Assembly: GCA_963833225.1 (NCBI GenBank)
Contig: CAWHXD010000008.1
Coordinates: 640,001 to 704,000, forward strand
Direction: 5' to 3'
DNA from: an uncultured Chloroflexia bacterium
Lineage (GTDB): Bacteria > Chloroflexota > Limnocylindria > Limnocylindrales > CSP1-4
DNA: 64,000 nucleotides
Shown in pieces: positions 60,051-64,000 of this stretch (position 1 is its first letter; each line of letters opens with the position of its first letter). A program made the translations under genes and the position numbers. The notes below the pieces were generated by a model. The model was not told the DNA's origin and searched no databases. It saw only the letters and a program-made list of their open reading frames with translations.

Positions 60051-61651
60051 GCGTCCATCCCCGTCCACGCGCCCGACTGCCAGGCGGCAAGCCGCTCGCG
60101 GCGGGGTTCGGGTCGTTCGGGAAGCCTGAGAGGGATGTCCCGAAGGTCGACCAGGAGCCCACCGAGCCCACCCGCGACCTCGACGGCAGCGTGCCTGACC
60201 CGGACGCCGAGGTCGACCGGGTCCCGGAACTGGAGCTCGACGACCGCTCGTTCGCCGGGCGGCAGGTCCACGCGCTCGATCCCACCCGGCACGAGCTCGA
60301 GCTCCGAGGGTCCCTCCGGGCGCGCGACCGACAGGCTGCCGGCCACCCTGCCGGCACGAAGCCCCGCCGGCATCACCACGCTGCCCAGCGGGACGAGCAG
60401 GTCGTCACGGAGGTCGGCCATCACCTGGCGGCGCTCGTCCTCGTCCTCGATGGTCCCGAGCGGGGCCAGGAGGCGCGCGTGGTCCCAGCCAAGGGCGCGG
60501 ACGCCCGGCCGGCGGAGCACATCGGCCAGCGCGAGCGCGATCGCCGGCGCCGGCGCCACCGCAAAGGCACCGCCGGTCGCGACCACCACACCGGGTCCGG
60601 GCCTCTCGTCCAGCATCGGCGTCGCCGCGACCAGCCGCGCCAGCGCCGCCCGGGCCGCGGCCATGCGCAGGAGCGCGCCATCGCCCGGCGCATCTCCCCA
60701 GGGCGCGAGCGCCAGCTCGCGCAGGCGGTCCCGGACCCGGAGCCTGTCGACCGGCGTCGTGAGCCAGCCGGCCACGGCGTCGAGGTGGGCGTCCGTGAAC
60801 GACGGGGGCAGGAGCGCGGCCGCCGGGACCGACGCCCATCGCGCCCGTGAGACCGCGCCGGCCCGCCAGTGGGCGACCGCGCGGGTGGCGCCGCCCTGCC
60901 CGATCTCGACGACCTCCACGTCCCGCCGCAGGACCTCGGCCAGGGTGCCGGTCGCGGCGGCGAGCGCTCGCCGGCCGTCATCGCTGCCACCCCGCAGGCC
61001 GTCGAGGAGGTCGCGCAGCGCGTCGCCGCCGTCCGCCAGCGGGGATGGGCCGAGCACCGTTGACCCGGCACGATCGCCGAGCAGGGCCTCGAAGCGATTG
61101 CCGGGCGTGGCCAGGCCGCCCGCGAGCACCGTCACCAGGTCCGGGCGCCGGTCGGCGGCCGCGGCGACCACGGCGGCAAGATCGGGGAGCAGCGTCCGTT
61201 CGTCGGCACCGGGAGGATCCGCGGTGGCGGCGACCACGATCGTGATCCGCGGGTCCGCGAGCGCCGTGACCACCGGCAGGATCTCGGCACCATCGAGCAC
61301 GAGCGTCCGGACGCGCCAGCCGGCGGTGGCGGCGATGGCGGCCAGCGGCTCCGCGATCCGCCGCGTGGCCGCCAGGACGGCGGCCTGGGGCGACCGAGTC
61401 GTGGAGCATCCGACGCGCGGAAGGTCGACACCGGACCCCGTCTGCGCGAGGCCGAGCTGGCCGGCCAGGTCCGGGTCGGCCTGGGCCAGCCGCCGGCGCA
61501 ACCGCTCCACCAGCGCGTCCGCGCCCACGGACGTCGAGGCGGAGGTCGATCCCAAGAGGCGCCAGGTGCCGCCAACCGCAGCCACGATCGCGACGGCGTT
61601 GGTCGCGGTCCCACGGTCGAGGGCGACGAAGACCCGGCGCTCGGTGCTCAC
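60047..61651 (-). CDS. Glutamate mutase L (GlmL)-like ASKHA-fold protein, degenerate
   Basis: ALDRGTATN..WRLLG, VVEIGQGGA, VVATGGAF, GGLGGLLVDLRDIPL..W. Confidence 0.6.
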   Translation of the reverse strand: MSTERRVFVALDRGTATNAVAIVAAVGGTWRLLGSTSASTSVGADALVERLRRRLAQADPDLAGQLGLAQTGSGVDLPRVGCSTTRSPQAAVLAATRRIAEPLAAIAATAGWRVRTLVLDGAEILPVVTALADPRITIVVAATADPPGADERTLLPDLAAVVAAAADRRPDLVTVLAGGLATPGNRFEALLGDRAGSTVLGPSPLADGGDALRDLLDGLRGGSDDGRRALAAATGTLAEVLRRDVEVVEIGQGGATRAVAHWRAGAVSRARWASVPAAALLPPSFTDAHLDAVAGWLTTPVDRLRVRDRLRELALAPWGDAPGDGALLRMAAARAALARLVAATPMLDERPGPGVVVATGGAFAVAPAPAIALALADVLRRPGVRALGWDHARLLAPLGTIEDEDERRQVMADLRDDLLVPLGSVVMPAGLRAGRVAGSLSVARPEGPSELELVPGGIERVDLPPGERAVVELQFRDPVDLGVRVRHAAVEVAGGLGGLLVDLRDIPLRLPERPEPRRERLAAWQSGAWTGMDA

Positions 61652-61678
61652 CGCGTCGATGCTACCAGCGGCCCGGCC

Positions 61679-61969
61679 CTACGCGTCCCAGCCGTCGCCC
61701 TCGTCGAGCTCCTCGAGACGGTCGATCAGTGCCTCGATCCCGACGTCATCGGCCATCAGCTCGGTCGCGGACGGCGACTCGCCACCGAACACTTCGCGCA
61801 GGACCGGATCGAAGAACAGCATGGCCGGCGCGCCGAGCGGCCGGTACGGGCGGCTCGCCTCCAGGAAGTGGACCGCGGGCCCGGTCAGGCCGCGCAACCG
61901 GATCTCCCTCGCCACCGCCTCGACGAGGGCCTCGCGATGCGGGTCGAGCGGCTCCATCGGGAAGCTCAC
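61679..61969 (-). CDS. Small hypothetical protein
   Basis: GLTGPAVHFLEASRPY..LIDRLEE; translationally coupled within the operon. Confidence 0.7.
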   Translation of the reverse strand: MSFPMEPLDPHREALVEAVAREIRLRGLTGPAVHFLEASRPYRPLGAPAMLFFDPVLREVFGGESPSATELMADDVGIEALIDRLEELDEGDGWDA

Positions 61970-62589
61970 CCGGCGGTTCCTCCATCGTCGATCCAGCCGC
62001 CGACACCCGGGGTCACCCCGGCGTTCCGGCCCGGGCCAACCGGCTGCCAGGTCGCGGGCTCGATCAGCGGTCGCGACGGTGCGGGCTCGTCCGCGGACAG
62101 TGCCGCCGCGAATGCCTCGTAGGCCGCGGTCCCGCGGAGCGCGAACACGACATGCTCGACGGTCGGGGACCGTTGCAGCTCGTCGCGCACGGCGGCCACG
62201 GCGGTCCTCGCCGCCTCGTCCATCGGAAAGCCACCGATCCCGGTGCCCAGCGCCGGAAAGGCGATGCTCGAAAGGCCCAGCTCCCGAGCGCGGGCCATCA
62301 CGCTCCGGGCGGCCTTCTCGATGGCCGCCGCGCTCGTCCGGCGATCTCGTTCGAGGGACACCGCGTGGATCACGACCCTGGCCGCGAGGCTGCCGGCGTG
62401 GGTGACGATCGCGTCGCCAAGCGCTGCGGGGGCCTGCCGCAGGGCCGCGAACTCGATGGCGTCGCCACCGGCCCGCTTGAGCTCACCCGCGATCCCGGCC
62501 GACATCCACAGGGAGGTGGCGGCGGGAGCCACGATGGCGTCAACCTCGAGATCACAGATATCCCCGTTCCAGATCTCGATGCGCGTCAT
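61966..62589 (-). CDS. Macrodomain (Appr-1-p processing) protein
   Basis: GDI..VDAIV, VIHAV, SIAFPALGTGIGGFP. Confidence 0.9.
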   Translation of the reverse strand: MTRIEIWNGDICDLEVDAIVAPAATSLWMSAGIAGELKRAGGDAIEFAALRQAPAALGDAIVTHAGSLAARVVIHAVSLERDRRTSAAAIEKAARSVMARARELGLSSIAFPALGTGIGGFPMDEAARTAVAAVRDELQRSPTVEHVVFALRGTAAYEAFAAALSADEPAPSRPLIEPATWQPVGPGRNAGVTPGVGGWIDDGGTAG

Positions 62590-63848
62590 CCGGACCTCCC
62601 ACCCGCAAGCGTGCGCGCCCCCGCCACGCGACCGGCGGCATGGTACACCCGGGCCAGCCGGTGGGACATCGCGGTCACCACCTCGTAGCTGATCGTCCCG
62701 CAGGTCGCGGCCAGGTCGAAGGCGGTGATCCGCTCCGCGCCCTGCTCACCGAGCAGCACGAACTCGTCATCTGCCCCGACGGGCGACCCCGGGACGTCCG
62801 TCACGTCGGCCATCACCGCGTCCATCGACACCCGCCCCACGAGCGGCACCCGCACCCCGCGGACGAGCGCCTCGGCCCGGTCGGAAAGGCACCGCCGCCA
62901 GCCGTCGCCGTACCCGACCGGGAGGGTCGCGATCCGCGTCCGGCGAGCGGTCACGAAGGTCGGCCCATAGCTCACCCCGTGGCCGGCCGGCAGGTCGATC
63001 ACCCGGACCGGGCGGGCCTTGAGGGCCATCACGGGACGCAGGCGCCCGGCCGGACCCTGGTTCCGATCGGACGGGACGAGCGTGTCCGGGACCAGGCCGT
63101 AGACGGCGATCCCGGTCCGCACCGCGTCCCAGCGGGTCACGGCCTCCCCGAGAACCCCGCCACTCCCCGCGAGATGGCGGCGGACGGTTCCGGGTCCGGG
63201 CCCCCACGCGACCGCGTCAAGGAGCCGCAGGACATCCGCGAACCGTGCGTCCTGGCCGAGCGTGCTCGCGGCATCGTCGGCAGCGGCCAGGTGCGTCCAG
63301 GTCCCTCCGAGCCGGACGCCGTCCGCCGACGCGATCGTGGCCAGGGCGGCCCGGGCGTCGTCGGCCAGCACCCCGCCCCGACCGAGCCCGGTCTCGATCT
63401 CCAGGTGCACCTCGAGCGGGGGCTGGAGGCCGGCCGCCGCCCGCAGCATCTCGCGGCTCGGCTCTCCCGGGCCGACGGCAACCGCGATCGAGGCGCGGGC
63501 GGCCGCCGGCACGGCCTCCGGCGGCACGGGATACAGGACGAGCAGCGGAAGCGTCACCCCGGCCTCCCGCAGCTCGAGCGCCTCGTCGAGGGTTGCGACC
63601 GACAACCCGTCGGCGCCGGCGGCCTCGAGGGCGAGCGCGATGGGCACGGCTCCGTGACCGTACGCATCGGCCTTGACCACCGGCTCCACGCGGACGCCGG
63701 CCCCGGAGGCCTCCCGCAGGGCCGCGAGATTGCCGCGCAGGGCGTCGAGATCCAGCTCCAGCCACGCGAGGCGGGCAAGCGGGGCCAGGCCGGCCGCCGC
63801 CAGGCGGGACTCGATCGGCTCCGTCCCGGGCGCCCCTGGCGCGCTCAG
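62586..63848 (-). CDS. alr: Alanine racemase (probable CTG start at 63848)
   Basis: VVKADAYGHG, HLEIETGLGR, VRTGIAVYG, VSYG, GYGDG, VGRVSMD, GTISYEV; the frame extends upstream through RLAWLELDLDALRGN. Confidence 0.93.
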   Translation of the reverse strand: MSAPGAPGTEPIESRLAAAGLAPLARLAWLELDLDALRGNLAALREASGAGVRVEPVVKADAYGHGAVPIALALEAAGADGLSVATLDEALELREAGVTLPLLVLYPVPPEAVPAAARASIAVAVGPGEPSREMLRAAAGLQPPLEVHLEIETGLGRGGVLADDARAALATIASADGVRLGGTWTHLAAADDAASTLGQDARFADVLRLLDAVAWGPGPGTVRRHLAGSGGVLGEAVTRWDAVRTGIAVYGLVPDTLVPSDRNQGPAGRLRPVMALKARPVRVIDLPAGHGVSYGPTFVTARRTRIATLPVGYGDGWRRCLSDRAEALVRGVRVPLVGRVSMDAVMADVTDVPGSPVGADDEFVLLGEQGAERITAFDLAATCGTISYEVVTAMSHRLARVYHAAGRVAGARTLAGGRSG

Positions 63849-64000
63849 CGCTCGGCTCCGTCCGGGTCCGGATCGGAGGACGCCGTCCCGGATCCATCGC
63901 GGACCCCGAAGCCCAGCGTTCGCCCGGCGCGGATCCGCTCCGCCCTCGCGGCCAGGCGCTTGCGCACCATCGGGATGGCCTCCGGGAGATCGGACGCCAG
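63845..64000 (-). CDS. nnr: 3' end of a probable NAD(P)HX dehydratase/epimerase
   Basis: LASDLPEAIP..., stop at 63845; typical position upstream of alr. Confidence 0.55.
   Translation of the reverse strand: MASDLPEAIPMVRKRLAARAERIRAGRTLGFGVRDGSGTASSDPDPDGAER

Noticed and set aside
58932-62405. 1157-aa plus-strand ORF and other long antisense ORFs
   Set aside because: They are Arg/Ala/Ser-rich with no motifs and overlap well-supported opposite-strand genes, as expected in high-GC DNA.

Overview
Very GC-rich bacterial DNA. Gene content and style suggest Chloroflexota or Actinomycetota; this is inference. Bases 1-22.4 kb hold a contractile injection system (CIS) laid out like the Streptomyces cytoplasmic, membrane-recruited type. 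In order it encodes a beta-propeller protein, a COG1470-like membrane protein, an atypical LuxR regulator, a stand-alone DUF4157 protein, an AAA ATPase, Pvc16/DUF4255, sheath, tube, chaperone plus DUF6760, a Pro/Ala-rich protein, tube 2, LysM, VgrG, gp25, baseplate J, tail protein I, a CisA-like membrane protein and a convergent MalT/BTAD regulator. Notable details are a phage-type GGGGGAA -1 slippery site that could fuse the chaperone to DUF6760, a ~200-residue Pro-Glu tether in the CisA-like protein, a motif shared by three CIS promoter regions, and no PAAR or recognisable toxin gene. The rest is mostly housekeeping and metabolism: ppdK, fpr, nfnAB, tam, a VapBC-like pair, glyQS, aquaporin-glpK-glpABC-panE-plsY, recO, TetR, polyprenyl synthase, glmU, ispE, rsmA, tsaD-rimI-tsaB-tsaE, an orphan GlmL-like module, a macrodomain protein, alr and the end of nnr. 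Several small inverted-repeat elements and short unannotated ORFs lie between genes. Many single-base frameshifts in conserved genes point to sequencing indel errors rather than real pseudogenes.
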